A stretch of DNA of 63,831 nucleotides, the filler included, from Folioceros fuciformis (Eukaryota), in assembly GCA_049999805.1 (NCBI GenBank). It is 4 parts of 3 records of this genome, joined end to end, with 100 filler letters (N's around TTAATTAATTAA, not from the genome) between each part and the next. Parts side by side here need not be neighbours in the genome. Positions count along the whole stretch, not along the records: positions 1 to 29,513 come from JBNGIO010006356.1; positions 29,614 to 48,836 come from JBNGIO010006356.1; 2 more parts are not named here. One strand, 5' to 3'. Made by a program: the position numbers and the translations under genes. The notes below the pieces were generated by a model. That model saw nothing but the letters and a program-made list of their open reading frames with translations. It made no database searches and had not been told where the DNA came from. Numbering within the stretch: the stretch's first letter is position 1; each line of letters starts with the position of its first letter. Positions 24,790 through 38,044 of the stretch are shown here, piece after piece.

Positions 24790-26043
24790 TACTGTGAAGC
24801 TATAAGTGTGCGGTTGCAAGCCATCACGTCTTTGTGTACCTACTTGTCGAATTGCAATTGTTCCTGATGTCTGTTTAATTTTTTATCTTCATAATGCTGT
24901 AGATACTTCATGAAATCATTGGTCATAGAGCTTAGGTTGTTAGGTAATTGTTGAGCACTAGACTTCAACCGTTTCCTTCGATTAGAGTTGCTATTCTCCG
25001 CATGAGCATCCCTAGTGTTTCCATCAGTCTCAGATGTAGTTTGGCCTTCAAGAGACTAGTTTTCCTCAAAACAAGTAGATGCACATGGTCCAAATGCCAT
25101 TGCCCTCCAATAATTGTACATAAAGAGGATGTTAGAACTTGCAATAGGAACTTGCACATGTTAGAACTTGCAATANNNNNNNNNNATGTTAGAACTTGCA
25201 ATAGGAACTTGCACATGTTAGAACTTGCAATAGGAACTTGCACATGTTAGAACTTGCTCGACACAAAACCCATTGAACAAAACCTTGTTGAACACAAAAC
25301 TTGAATAGGGATTGCTAAACAGAACCTTCCTGAACACGGAACCTACTGAATAGATCCTGCTAAGAAGAAACTTGTTGAACAAAGAACCAGCTTTACAAGA
25401 AACCTACCAAATATCACACATGCTCAACAGATAACCTGCTCTACATAAAACCTGCCAAACTCGAAAGCATGCATTGCTCATTGCACATGCTACCAAACCT
25501 ATTGAACAAGAGAGCTGTCACAGAACATGTTTAAAAGGAAAACTTGCATAACATGCAAGCTTGGCTTGCCTAAAACGAAAATCTTCCCAAGATACATGAA
25601 GAAAGAGTGCTTGTATCTTGACCGCTGAGCGGATGTCTGCAAAAATCATTGATCTTTTTCCACTCTTGTGAGAGAGCATCTCATTTATTTTTACATTGCA
25701 TAGTAGTGCAGGTTAGATCATGTTGCCTACAATATGCAGCCACCTCCTCCCACCTGTATGCTGCTTGTTTGTGCTTCTCCCTAAGGTTGCCTGTAGATCA
25801 ATTCATGTTGTTCAAGTGCTTCACTGCTTGTAAGATGAGTAACTCTGGCACACTCCAGACTTTACAACTTGATCCAACCTTGTGAGTGGTCGTTGGTGGT
25901 GTTGTGGAAGATTGCAAGGTAGGAGTTGTCACAAGTGGCATTTGTCCAAATATTGATATGCCTGCCATAGAGTGGGTGGAAGTGATCTCATGAAGAATGC
26001 TACGAGGAAGGTCCATTCCTCCTACAATCTTATTGCAAGGCAA
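24790..26043 (-). mobile_element. Decayed Myb/SANT-like accessory ORF of the same PIF/Harbinger element
   Basis: Minus strand ~25870-25620 reads WSVPELLILQAVK...RWEEVAAYCRQHDLTCTTMQCKNK*DALSQEWKKIND. It is convergent with the transposase. Confidence 0.75.
25128..25257. repeat. 29-bp tandem repeat (atgttagaacttgcaataggaacttgcac) spanning an N gap
   Basis: About 4 visible units. Confidence 0.9.
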
Positions 26044-27614
26044 CGGCCAGGCGTCAAGAAGCGCAAGAGCTTGATGAAGTTTGAGAGTTTGATGAAGAGT
26101 AGGAACTTCAGAGTGATGATCGGCTAGGACATTTGGAGTGAGAAGGCTAGACTAGGTTTTTTGGAGTGACAAGGTTGGATTGGTTCTCTCCCAGTTCCTT
26201 GTCTAGTCACATGTCTACGTGGCATGTATTCAACCGAAAAACACGCAAGAGGGGGTGCATTCCGCATCGTCCGCAAACTGCCGAAAGGTTTGTTGACGGC
26301 TATGTAAGTTAATATCTAAGGAAACAATCTAGACTGAAAAAGCACAAAATTAGGCCATGGACAGTGACCCTAAAAATTATTTGCTTAGCTCTGCCCTTGC
26401 AGCTTACAAGGTAACAAAGGAATGACTTTGAGTCTCCACTTAAATGCTAACTGGTTGACTAGGATGGCGACATCAAGTCTTTGCGCAGTTTCAAAGGGCC
26501 ATATGTCAGGAATCAAGACAACAGTAATTAAAGTGGTGTGAGACCCATTGCTTGTGCCTAAAGTGAGCGGCGGGGCTCCTAGTATATAAGTTGGGTTATG
26601 TTGCATCCATAGTTTTCACGCGTGTAGCAACCTATTGATCCACTTTCATTGGCAAGCTTTCTGAAATGGTGTCATGGAATGCTGGCCACTGTGGGAGGTA
26701 AGGCCCAAGTGCCACTGCTGTCCTGCTGTTGGTGTTATTGTTGTTGGCCATTGTGGTCCATGGCGTTGAAAACAGCAGAGGATGGAGACAGTAGGTGGGC
26801 AATTTTGCATAGAATGTTAGTTTGTATTTGAAAGATGGATGATGGGAACTTGGAAACTTCTCAATCGTAAGCAATAAAGTTGACACTGTGTGGCTTCGAG
26901 TTAACGATATCCCCGGACAATTTGACAGCTCTTGCACATGAGGGATAGGCGTTGGTTTGCAACTCGTAGCTTCTCATTGGCACAGTTTGCATGTCTACAG
27001 ATGGGTCGTTTGTGCATGACCTCTTCCACATGGTTTTTTTCACCGCCTATTGACTCCACATTGCCGGTAAGCGGAGTCAAGCCACGACACCCATGAAAAC
27101 CTGACTTTGGAATCCATATTAAGATCTCTGCAACTCTTGGGAGAAGATTGTCATGGTGCGTTCATGTGCTCAATGAGGTCGATAGATTTTGGATCATATT
27201 TTTATTGATCAAGTTTGTCATTTGAAAAAGCCAATTCATTACTACTTTATGGACTTTAAGAGTGCTTTCAATTCTGCGTTTCAGTTGAGGGTTTAGGGTT
27301 GAAATCTTTAGAGTTGCTCCCCTTATATTATGCTCTTATTCTTCTCCACAATCGAGTTCTTGTTAACATAAAAATATCACACAACTTCTGCGCTTATGAA
27401 ATTGAAATTCAACTTGGTGTGTGAGGGTGATCCTTCCAATTCAACTTGGTGTGAGGCTGATCCTTTATCACTCAACTCATTTAGGTTGTATAGTGATAAG
27501 TTGAAGGCTTGGCTCATGAACTGTCCATATTCAAGTGCTTGTCTCTTTATCAAAAGTATTTCTTTTCTCTTATATGTTAATGATATTGTGCCTCTTTCCT
27601 ATTCTCTACGGGAT

Positions 27615-27803
27615 TCACAGAGTAACTTGACATTGTCTACATTGTATAAAGTTAAAGGCTGTATTGTTATCCTCAATAAAACTAAGATGATGCATTTTAA
27701 CTTTAAGGTTCACCCGAGTAACTTGACGTTGTCTACATTGTAGAAAGTTAAAGGTTGTATTGTTATCCTCGGTAAAACTAAGATGATGCATTTTAACTTT
27801 AAG
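27615..27803. repeat. 96-bp tandem duplication
   Basis: agtaacttgac...ttttaactttaagg starts at 27621 and again at 27717, with a few substitutions. Confidence 0.9.
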
Positions 27804-28699
27804 GAATCCTACTAGGATTGTATATTTTATTATGATAGTTAGGTGGTGGAGTTGGTCCACTCATATACATATTTGAGTGTCACACTATTGTGCCCAAAGT
27901 CTAATTGGACCTCTACAACTGCTCTTTGCACCACGTTGTATATAGTATGAATTTAGCTATTTCACACATTGGTTATTCCTTCTACTCTATTTGGTACAAA
28001 ATTTTGGGCCTTGGCCTCGTCATCTTCATGGGCAAGGCGGAAGGAGTTGAGTCCTCTTTTTCCCACTCCCATATTGCAAGTAAGCGTTCCTCGCCATTAC
28101 CCATCCTTCTTTCTAAATTTGTACCTTCCCTCTTGAACTTGATTGCTCGTTTTGCCTATCCTCTTTCCTCTATTGCCTTTACCTTCTTCGTTTAAAGGAC
28201 CCCAATCTTGCTCTTTACCATCTTGTTGCATTCATGTCTTCTCACTCACTAGCTCAACACTGACTCCCAAGCTTCTTTTTCCTAAGTTTCCTAATCCACT
28301 ACTTAGCTCCTTCAAATTTAGGTTTAGCCCTAGTAAGCTTCTTGCTTGGGTTACCCCTTTTTCTACCTACTGTGCCTGCACATGTTCCTCCCAATCACCC
28401 GCTGGGCCATTAAGTTGTCTCTTATCGAGTGAGCTAGGGTGAGAGAAGGGCACAAAGGCGTGTGTGGCGACACCTCTACTCCCCCTTCCTTTTTTATTGG
28501 GAAAACACTTGTTGATAAATAAAGACAATAGGGAGGACATTGGAGGCCTTTTTATTGCTCATAACTTCCTATCCCGAACTCCATGTATGTATGTATCTAC
28601 CATATCTCGAGCATAAATATGCTTTTTCTACCAGCATCACAAAGTTGTTCATCATAAGCGCGGTTCATTAAAATGATCTTTTTTAGCATCGTATCTACT

Positions 28700-29512
28700 T
28701 GTTTTTTTTCCCCTTTTATCAAAGATTCACCTTGGCTTCTTTACCTTGGAGGCTCATGAGCCTCTACCTTCTTTCACCTCCTTTTGTAGAGAAGGCTTGA
28801 GGGGTCTTCGAGCCTCCCTTTTGGAAAAGCAATATGGCCTACACTAAGAGCGCTTCTTTCGGACTCATCCATCCCTAGGTCTTTTCAAGCTCATGTTTGC
28901 TCTTGTTCAGGTAAAGGAGTGGGCTCGTTGCTTTTGGCTCGACCTTGCATCCAGCTGTTTCGAATTGCATCAACAACTTTTGCTTGTGAGACTTTGCTCA
29001 AGTTTGGACCACCCTTTGAATTTTGCTCTCTCTACTTGCAATTGTGAGATTACCATTGTCAACACAGGGTACCATTTGGCACGTTGTCCCATAGAAGGGC
29101 ACTGCATTGCTACCCATGATGTAGTTCAGGATATCATGTTGTCAATGGCTAAGGAATGCAGATTTCTTCTGCATAGAGAGCGGCCATGTACTTTGTGCAG
29201 CGGGGTTTCACTTTTGAGCCAAACGTTTTTTTTCACTAGGGAGGATCAAGTTTGTGACATAGATATAGTTGTTGTGGATCCTACTAGTGATTTGATTTGT
29301 GAGAACAATGTTATCAACCCCCTTGGATGAGCGGTGGAGGGTTATGCTAGCACTAAAGCCCATAAGTATTCTCCTCTATAAGATGAGCATATTTTCATCC
29401 CTTTTGCTCTTGAGACCCATAAGGCCATGGACAAGGACTTTGCAAGGTTCATCAAGGAGTGTGCAAAGGTATGTTAGAGTCATAGGAATTGTGTTCTTCC
29501 TCTTTTCTCTAT
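28700..29512 (+). mobile_element. 3' remnant of an RLE-type (CRE/NeSL-like) non-LTR retrotransposon
   Basis: Zinc knuckle CNC...HLARC followed by IATHDVV, then FFTREDQVCDIDIVVVDP and FIPFALET. Frameshifted and abutting an assembly gap. Confidence 0.7.
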
Positions 29513-29849
29513 GNNNNNNNNNNNNNNNNNNNNNNNNNNNNNNNNNNNNNNNNNNNNTTAATTAATTAANNNNNNNNNNNNNNNNNNNNNNNNNNNNNNN
29601 NNNNNNNNNNNNNCATATGTAGGCTCCCCAGTGCCCATTCCACTACCAAGACCCAAGGACCAACTAGCCCCCGGCCACCTGGCCTGGCTACTGGTCCACT
29701 CCAAAACCCCATGGTCCAAGGAGGTCTTGTTTATAAATACCCCTATTTTATTCTCAACCTAAGCCGCTTTCTCCTTCACTTCACACAAAAAACCAAAATC
29801 CACCAAATCTATCACTGAAAAAGGGGTTCGCAAATTTTTTTCCTCTACA

Positions 29850-30367
29850 AAGGCTCTGTCAGTAACTCGGAGTGGTTGTGAAGACCCGCTGGAGAGTGTG
29901 AATGCGAGGACAACGGTGTGAAGTAGGCTGAGAGAGTGTGGAGAAGGTCGTGATTGTCATTTAGGAAAGTGAGGGTGTTTGGATCTGAGCCCAGGAAACG
30001 GTTGTGTAACGAAGCTGTGTGTGTGAATGTGCGTTGGTGGTCAATACTCGCGACTGTGAGAAAGTGTGGTTGACCCATGATGATCGGTTGGCCTGAAGCT
30101 GGTCACTGCATGCGTGCAGCGTGATCGATACGATTAGATTTGTGAGCTGGGGACTAGGAACAATTTCCGCGCCACGTTTGGCAGGCGATTTGAGACGGAT
30201 GCGAGAAGCTAACTGAACTAACCGGAGAATTGCATGAGTTGTGGTATTGAGTGGTTGAAGGCTTTGTAAGTAACTCGGAGTGGTTGTGAGGACCTGCTGG
30301 AGAGTGTGAAGGTGAGGACAACAGTGTGAAGTAGGCTGAGAGAGTGTGGAGAAGTTCGTGATTGTCA
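29850..30367. repeat. ~110-bp direct repeat pair (29850-29959 and 30258-30367)
   Basis: aaggct..gtaactcggagtggttgtga...gtaggctgagagagtgtggagaa.tcgtgattgtca is present twice, ~409 bp apart. Confidence 0.85.
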
Positions 30368-32085
30368 CAAGTCATTGCCATAAACTACTGTTCTTGAGAA
30401 TACTAGCATCATTTGACTCTTCTGGGCTATTAGCACATATGTCCATAAACATCGTTCAATTATTACATACAGCTTGTAGTACCATACAATGCATGTTGTA
30501 CCGCTGCCAGTGATAGGCTGTCGATAGAATGGCCACAAATGCAGAATATAACTCCGTAGGATCATTTAAGATTGAAACAATGAGCTTTGTGGCCACAATT
30601 GTGGCATCACTAACTCCATACTTGGAGGCTACAGTCAGCGAAGGTAGACCTTAGCCCAACCTATGCAACACCAAAGCAACAACCTTTTCACATGGTATCG
30701 GTGTTCTTGGTGATGTGTGTACTAGAAAGGGCTGCAATTGATACACAAGTACTATGAAAGTAGGGTAGGACATTCCATAGTCCCATCACCAATGCTGATC
30801 TCTCCTCCCTAAGCCCTTCAGGTATCAAGCTTTCATATGAAGCTCTTCCTAAAGGCCTGTTGTGGATGGTGCTTTTCACCAAAGACGGGGAATATGCATT
30901 CCCAATGTTTCCACTAGAGCATTATTTAAAGTTGGCAATAACATTGTTAAGAGCACATGCATGACACATACAAGAGAGTTGGAATCCAATATATCTTGGA
31001 GATATAAAGGATAAGGCACTTGAGAAGATGATATAGTCCAAAGTACAAAACACATTGATAGGATCCATTTATCTAAAAAATTAACAAAGAATATAATAGC
31101 AAAAAAAAAACTCTACTACACAAACCAAGCACACACTCATACTTCACAAAACAATAGCTAGGGCTTTATACATAGGGAAGAGAGAAGAAAGTGAGCCAAG
31201 TACCCGTGAAATGTAAGGAGCGATGCTTAACAAAGGCCTACTGTTGTTAACATGTTATAGATCGTTTGCACATATAACAAGTTGGATAGCACTAATGGTG
31301 TCTCGCACGAACCCATTATACGTAGAACTTTTAATGAATGTAGGCCAACCTCAATGTGGGTAGTCAATGTGAGTAGCCCTTGAGAAAGAAAAAAAAAGTC
31401 TTGTTTGTCAGTTGATGGGCCGGATCGGGATGCCCTGATAGTCACCCACCACCTATAGGGTCATGTCCATTAGCTTCAAAATATGGGACTGTATACTATA
31501 CAATGGTGTCCATATCCGTATTCTATGTTTGGTGCACAAAAGCCAAAAGTAAGGTATCTATTTATGTATAAGTCTTTCTCAATAATAGGATTCGGTATAA
31601 AGTTTAGATTTGCGCATGCCCGCGTGGGAACAGATTCTCTGTGACATAAAAATTAATAGGACTATGGTTCCTTCTCTTTCATCTCGTGCTTCAAGCTCTT
31701 CAGGGAGCTGGAATCGAACTTTACTGGAGTCGACATGAGCCCAGTCGCGAAAGGATAGGCCTTTGACGAAAACCGAGATAGGCTATCCCCCCGCAAGAGT
31801 GCTGCGTGTGTGATGCTCGCTGTGCAGAGATTGTGCGCGAGAAGCCGCTGAGGGAGCGGAGGAATGGAGCTGCTCACCTTGCTCTGTTTCATGGGCGGCT
31901 TCTTCGGCCAACTGGGAGTTGTGGTGGTGCGACTGAGGGCCATTCTCATCTACACGCAGTCTATGTTGCGTTATGTGCAATACGTAGCCGAAAACAGGGA
32001 TCGGTTTATCTTGTTTTAGGGTACGGTGCTGCTACGTAGCTACATTTTAGCAGGGCAAGACGAGATGGTCAAGGATTGGAGCGCC

Positions 32086-32815
32086 ATGGCACCGCCTAAC
32101 AAGAAGCGGCTGGGAGGCGGGGGGCTCAGTTTGGAATCCTTTGCTACAGCCAAGAGCAAGCCCAGGGTTAACCCCGCGCAAATTCGTATGTCCGCTTTGT
32201 CTGCTTTTGCTTTTGTTCACTTGGTACTGCTTGCCTGCCTCCTTCTTGACACGGTGGCTGTGGATGCACTTCTTGCCTGCAGGCCAGCGAAGGGAGTTCT
32301 ATCAGAACGCCAAGAAGATACAAAAGTTCAAGAAGTTTGTAAGGCGCTTGGGAGAGCAGAAGGTCCGGTTTCTTCCGGCATGTCTGGTTCCAAGAAGGCA
32401 CGGAATGGGATGAGATCGGATGGATGCTGATCTGGACCTGTCGTTTGTGCAGGGTTCGTCTGAGGAAGAACAGAAGACAGATGATGTAGCGGCTGAAGCC
32501 GTTTCTCTTCAGGGGGCCGACGAAGGTCGGAAGGTTATTTCGAGAGGCGAGAAAAGACAAGGGTATAGGAGAAAGTCTAAACCTAAATCGCAGCTCGAGA
32601 GATTGCGGGAAGAGTTCGAGAAGAAGAAGAAAGAGGAGGAGGAGGTCGAAAGGAAGAAAGAAGAAGCTCGTCAAGCTCGGAGGGAGTCATATGAAAAGGC
32701 CCAGCAGGCGAGGAAAGAGCTCCAAGCGAAGATGAGGAAGAGGACCCGTTCCGGCCAGCCTGTCATGAAGTACAGGATGGAGCACATTTTGGAAGCGATA
32801 CAAAGAAGTTCATGA
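32086..32815 (+). CDS. rRNA-processing FYV7/TAP26 (CCDC59)-like protein; 3 exons
   Basis: KRLGGGGLSLESFATAK...NPAQIR|QRREFYQNAK...RKRTRSGQPVMKYRMEHIL. An alternative in-frame ATG lies at 32065. Confidence 0.8.
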
Positions 32816-33261
32816 CCTCAAACACCTGACGGCCTGGCACGCATATAAAGAACTTCATGACCCCAGACACCTGACGGCTTAATTGCATGCCAGGTGATAA
32901 GATGTGATATTGTGATTTTGCACTTTCGAGTGGAAGGCACCTTTTGGCGTGGGAGCTGGTGGCAGCTTTGGTGAACTTTACATCGGTTTGGATGTAAGGA
33001 CACCCCGTTGGACGGTGGCGATTCTTTCCACAGTCTGCAGGGGGTTTCAACTTTGAAGTACCGGCTCGGGAATTGTGTGGTATGCACACTAAGGAGTGGT
33101 TTCTGTAGCCACTCAAAATTCCATCTTATGTTCAATGCAGCTCCTGGTGTAGCACACAGGACGGGCCACACTAGCAAACAGCAATGCTGAAGGGTGCGCG
33201 GACGGAATCAGTGATATATCCCAAGAGTAGGGAGTACCTAGACTGTTTCTTTGATTGTCTG

Positions 33262-35237
33262 TTAAGTTCCTTCCAGAGCCGAGGCACCAGAGATGATCTC
33301 AATGAGCTCTGTTGTGATTTTTGCTTGTCGTGATCTGTCAAAAGTTTTTATCGGTGAGAACCTCCAGCATCGGAGGCTTTGAATACTGTAAAACGGTAAT
33401 GCGCACCTGTTGTAGCTCAGTGTCAAAGCTTCAAGCATGTCTGCAGCGTTTCTTGAGGAATTATCCATCGCGGACATCCTTGCACCCATTTCACTCGCAG
33501 TGTTTTCCAAAAGTGCGTTGTATAATTGCTGCAGCATACGCGAGGAGTCAATGATCTCGTCTCGTCAGCAGTACAAGGTATTAAACAAACGCAGTAACAT
33601 ATATACGCCAGACACCAGACATTCTGATACTACGTGATAGCTAGAACAATCCAAAGAGTTAAATCGGCGAAACGCGAGGTTGCCCACCGCAGTGAATCCA
33701 AGCTCTGCCAGGTTGAGCAGGATCTCGTACTTCGACTCATCATCCTCTATCTGATAGCCATCGATTACCGCAGGTTTCCCTCCCGCAGACTCTTTGGCCA
33801 TCGACTGCACAAATGGTTAACGTACTAGGTGTATTTGGGTCTCGCAGGGCTGAGATGCACATGGAACCCTGAAGATGGCATCCACAATAAGAACTAACCT
33901 CCGGCGACAGCACGGTCGCCACAGTGGCTTCGAAGGAGACAACAGATCGGAACTTGTTGAAAACAAGCTTAATTGTATCGTACTTCAAGCTCTTCAATAT
34001 CTCATCTGCCATCATTGATACCTGAGACAAAGGAAGTGTCCCATTAGAGGTGCAGTGACCATGCCTGCCTTACCTAAACACATTTGCATCAAAGGCATCC
34101 AGGTACGATGGAAAAGGATGTAACACCTGGCTGAAACTGATTCCCACTTTCTGAGTCTCGCTGACTGTGACTGCAATGTGCTGCCTTGCATCTCTCGAAA
34201 GCTGAGCTCTGCCCTTCTCCCCGATGATAACGTACTTGGCATTTTTGCTCGCGGCTGGTGGCAAAAAGCAGATTGTGGACAGGAATTTAGCTAGCTAGCT
34301 TCACGCAAACCAACCCAGCCTTGCTACAATAGTAGATTATTTTATGACAGATTTGAGGCTTCCGTGACACCTGTGGCCATCTTGAAGAAGGCCTTGCTCA
34401 TCTTCACGGAGGTCGAGTTGATGCCACCACATAGCCCTCGGTCACTTGATACAATGACAATCACCTGTTTATTTCCCTCGTTATCTGCATGCAAGATGCC
34501 AAAGCTCTATGGGCTTCGCAAGTTTGAAATGGAGTACAGAGTCGTGAAGATGGACAGAGCCCCGGGGTCAAGTGTGAGAGGAGCATGCGCAACCACCGTA
34601 CCAGGGTTATCTCCCAGCATAGCAACAAAGGGTATCGGTATGCCGCGAGAACCCTCAACCTTCACCTGAACGCCCCTTAGCTTAGAAGCAGCAACCATCT
34701 TCATGGCCTTGGTAATCTTTTGGATACTCCTAACACTCTTCATCCTACTCCGCACTGCCAGATCAAGCAGGGTACTTATACAGCCGTCCGCCCTTTGTAT
34801 ACCGCAGAGCAACAAAACCCGAAAAACAAGTGAGAATTGCAGGTAGCATGCCATACCCACTTGGTTTGAGGCCAGCCGAGCCCCAAACGGAGCTATCTGC
34901 CTGCATAATTCCACAACATTTACGAGGTTCATTTTGGAGTCGTGCCAGCCACCAAGAAAACGCTTGTGGCAGACAGCTGCATGCATTTCCCGGGAAAAAA
35001 AAGGAACCAAGATCCTCCCCTCAAAGCTGCCATGAGGCTAGCAGACACCTGGCCAGGGCGAGCATGGGCGACATGTAGCACATACCAGGCACACAGGTCG
35101 GTGTCCGCAGCCATGCCCGCTGCAGGCCAAGCGGCTCGATGCGAAGCCGAGGAAGCAGCAGCAGCAGAACCAGCAGGCGTCGAGCGAAGCATTGTGGTGA
35201 AGCGGAGAAGGCCGCGGGGGGGATTGGCCCACGCCAT
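33262..35237 (-). CDS. ATP3: Mitochondrial F1 ATP synthase gamma subunit, multi-exon
   Basis: [52 protein letters not shown] and [20 protein letters not shown]. The presequence exon from ATG 35237 splices in frame. Confidence 0.95.
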
Positions 35238-35619
35238 GGACCTGCCACTGGCCTGATACGAGCAACTGCGACAAGCTGATGAACGAATGTACCGACCGCC
35301 CAGGCTTCACGTCTGTCGGACTCGCCGACTCAGACGTGCTTATTGCAGTAATTGTTGTTTAGTATTGTTGTCGGAGCAGTATTGTTGTTACGGTAGTCGT
35401 GTTTAAGCAGTTGTGTGTATGCAGGTGCGTACTGTACATCTGTACATGCACTCTGACGAGTAACGGGGGAAAGATGTGGTGGCACAACATAGAGGGTGGT
35501 AATATGACCGTTAGGCGGGAGGAAATTTCAAATGGCCGGCAAAAGATGCCAACCCTGGAGCCATTCTTCGCCTGCATTGCACCTTGAGCACCTCTGCGTC
35601 CTCGGCCTGGTCGCGGCCT

Positions 35620-37515
35620 ATGGTGTTGGATGAGGTCATGGCTGCGCTGGATCCGTCTGCCAAGCGCTCCTTCTCGCAGGTGCGCACCTCGTTTCTCAGC
35701 GCATTGGGGAGAATAGGGTATTGCAGGCCGGGCTCCGGGCCACAATGGTGTTTGCCTGCTCGTGCTGCCGAACTTACTTGCCGGACGCGAGATGTGATAG
35801 CTATGGACATTGGTCCCGTCTCCGTTCTGGTCTAGGGCGTGTCGATCTGGAGGAAGCGGGTGGCCAATGGGTGCACCTGATTGTCACAAGCTCATGTCTG
35901 GGAGATTTGTTGTTCCTGGCTGCAGGGATCTTCCGGCGTGACCGAAGAGCCTGCCGTGAGGGATGAGAAGGTGGAGGAGAAAAGGTGGTCCCTTACTGAC
36001 TTCGACATTGGGAAGCCTTTGGGCAGAGGAAAATTTGGCAACGTCTACCTCGCGCGAGAGAGGAGGGTGAGCTGATTTGCGCTCGATCCCGCCGTGAGTG
36101 GTGTGCGGGAGGTTGTTTGTGCTGCTGACGCTGGTTTCGTGGCTGCTTGTTTAGAGTAAGTATGTTGTAGCGTTGAAGGTCCTCTTCAAGAGCCAGTTGC
36201 AACAGTCTCAAGTTGAACATCAATTGCGGCGTGAGATTGAGATTCAAAGCCATTTGAGGCATCCAAACATCTTGCGGCTGTATGGCTATTTCTACGACAC
36301 GGTGAGCTGGGTTGCCATCCGAGCGTGTTGATGAGATGACTGGTTATGTGTGTTGATGTTTTTCAGTTTTTTCTGTCCCAGAATCGTGTGTACCTAATCT
36401 TGGAATACGCTGCTAAAGGAGAGCTGTACAAGGAGCTGCAAAGATGCAAAGTCTTCAACGAGAAACGTGCTGCCACTGTATGAGCTGTGAAGTTTGCGGT
36501 ACTTGTATGAATGGTGTGCTTTGGGTCTAACGATGTACAGGTTCTTCGGCTCTTACAGTGTGTCGTATATGCTGCCAGTACATAGCCTCATTGGCTCGAG
36601 CACTTATTTATTGTCATGACAAGCATGTGATCCACCGAGACATCAAGCCTGAGAACCTGCTCATTGGGGTTAAGGTATTTCAGCTTTGTACGTTGCTGGA
36701 GGTTGGGGACTCCTGGCTTGAATTTGGAGGACAGGCCCAGTCCACACCTGAAGTCTTTATGATGCCCTTTGTTCTCGTTTCAGGGTGAGCTGAAGATTGC
36801 AGACTTTGGATGGTCGGTACACACCAGCAATAGACGTCGAACTCTTTGTGGGACACTTGACTACCTGCCTCCCGAGATGGGTATGTGGACGATGTTGCCA
36901 GCTTGGCCTGCAGGCTGCTCTATTGTGATCTGGTTCCTGCTTGATAGATACTGCAGTGCAGCTGTCGTATATAGATAGCTCGTTAATCGAGTTCATGTTG
37001 GTCACAGTGGAAAGCAAAGAACACGATACTGGGGTGGACGTTTGGAGCTTAGGAATTCTTTGCTACGAGTTCTTGTATGGCAGCCCTCCATTTGAAGCGA
37101 AAAGGCACTCAGACACGTATGACAGGTGCGTGTTGTAGACGAGCTCGTTGTGCTTACCCGGATGAGGTGTACCCTTTTTGTTTCCGTGTGGATGTAAGAG
37201 TTGCTGACGACCACGTTGTGCGTTGTTGTTCCAGAATCGTCCGGGTTGACCTAAAGTTCCCTCCGAAGCCTCTGGTATCTGCTGCCGCCAAGGACTTGAT
37301 CTCTCAGGTGCCCTGCTAATCTGCTGGCTGCTGTTCACAGATTTCCATCACCAGTCATTCCGTTTCTTCGTTGCTCTTCCCTAACAGTCATGAGCACGTC
37401 TCTTGCGCAGCTTCTGGTCAAGGATTCCGAAAAACGGCTGCCTCTGCAGCAAGTGCTCACTCATCCGTGGATTCTCGCCAACGCCAATTGCACTAGCGGA
37501 GTGAATGGCAGTTGA
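35620..37515 (+). CDS. AUR: Aurora kinase, multi-exon
   Basis: [62 protein letters not shown] and [28 protein letters not shown]. Confidence 0.95.
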
Positions 37516-38044
37516 TCTCTCCTGTCTGTAATTAGCTCGGTCAGGGAGAATTGTGTATTTTAGGTTCCACGAATCAACATTCATTCTCGGCAGAGTCTCC
37601 AACTTGATTCTGTCTTTGTATGTTCGGAAACGTCCGCGCAAGGGACACAGCAGTGTTTCGTCGTAGATAGCCTATCGTTCTTAGTGCGAGAATTTGTGTT
37701 GTTGCAACATTCAGTCCCGAAAAGCCCGTTATGTATAGCCTGACTTTTATAAGTGTTTGGTAGTCATTTAATATTGCATCAAATAAGAAAGATTTTCAAA
37801 TTATAAATAACTAGATAATCAAATAATTTTTTTCTTCAAGATTCACACTAGAAGAGAGTTAGATTGGAAAAAAGAATCATATGTTTAAATGCATGGAAAC
37901 CTAGGTTTGGAGTTTGAAGTTCTTCTGTTACAAGAAATCAAATATGGCTAATAATGTAAACACATGAACTTGTTATGATAACATAGTTGTTAAAGATTCT
38001 TGTTTAACAAGTAAGAGCACAAAATTCTTTTGACACATGAAGCA

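Noticed and set aside
25128..25257. 29-bp repeats as a possible CRISPR array
   Set aside because: Head-to-tail units with no unique spacers, no cas genes and a eukaryotic context.
29558..29569. TTAATTAATTAA palindrome within N runs (also at 48881-48892 and 60393-60404)
   Set aside because: An identical six-frame-stop linker centred in gaps is a scaffolding artefact. Adjacency across these gaps is therefore uncertain.
26300..31500. Other possible retroelement debris in the AT-rich island
   Set aside because: Too decayed to assign gag/pol motifs, PBS or LTRs with confidence.
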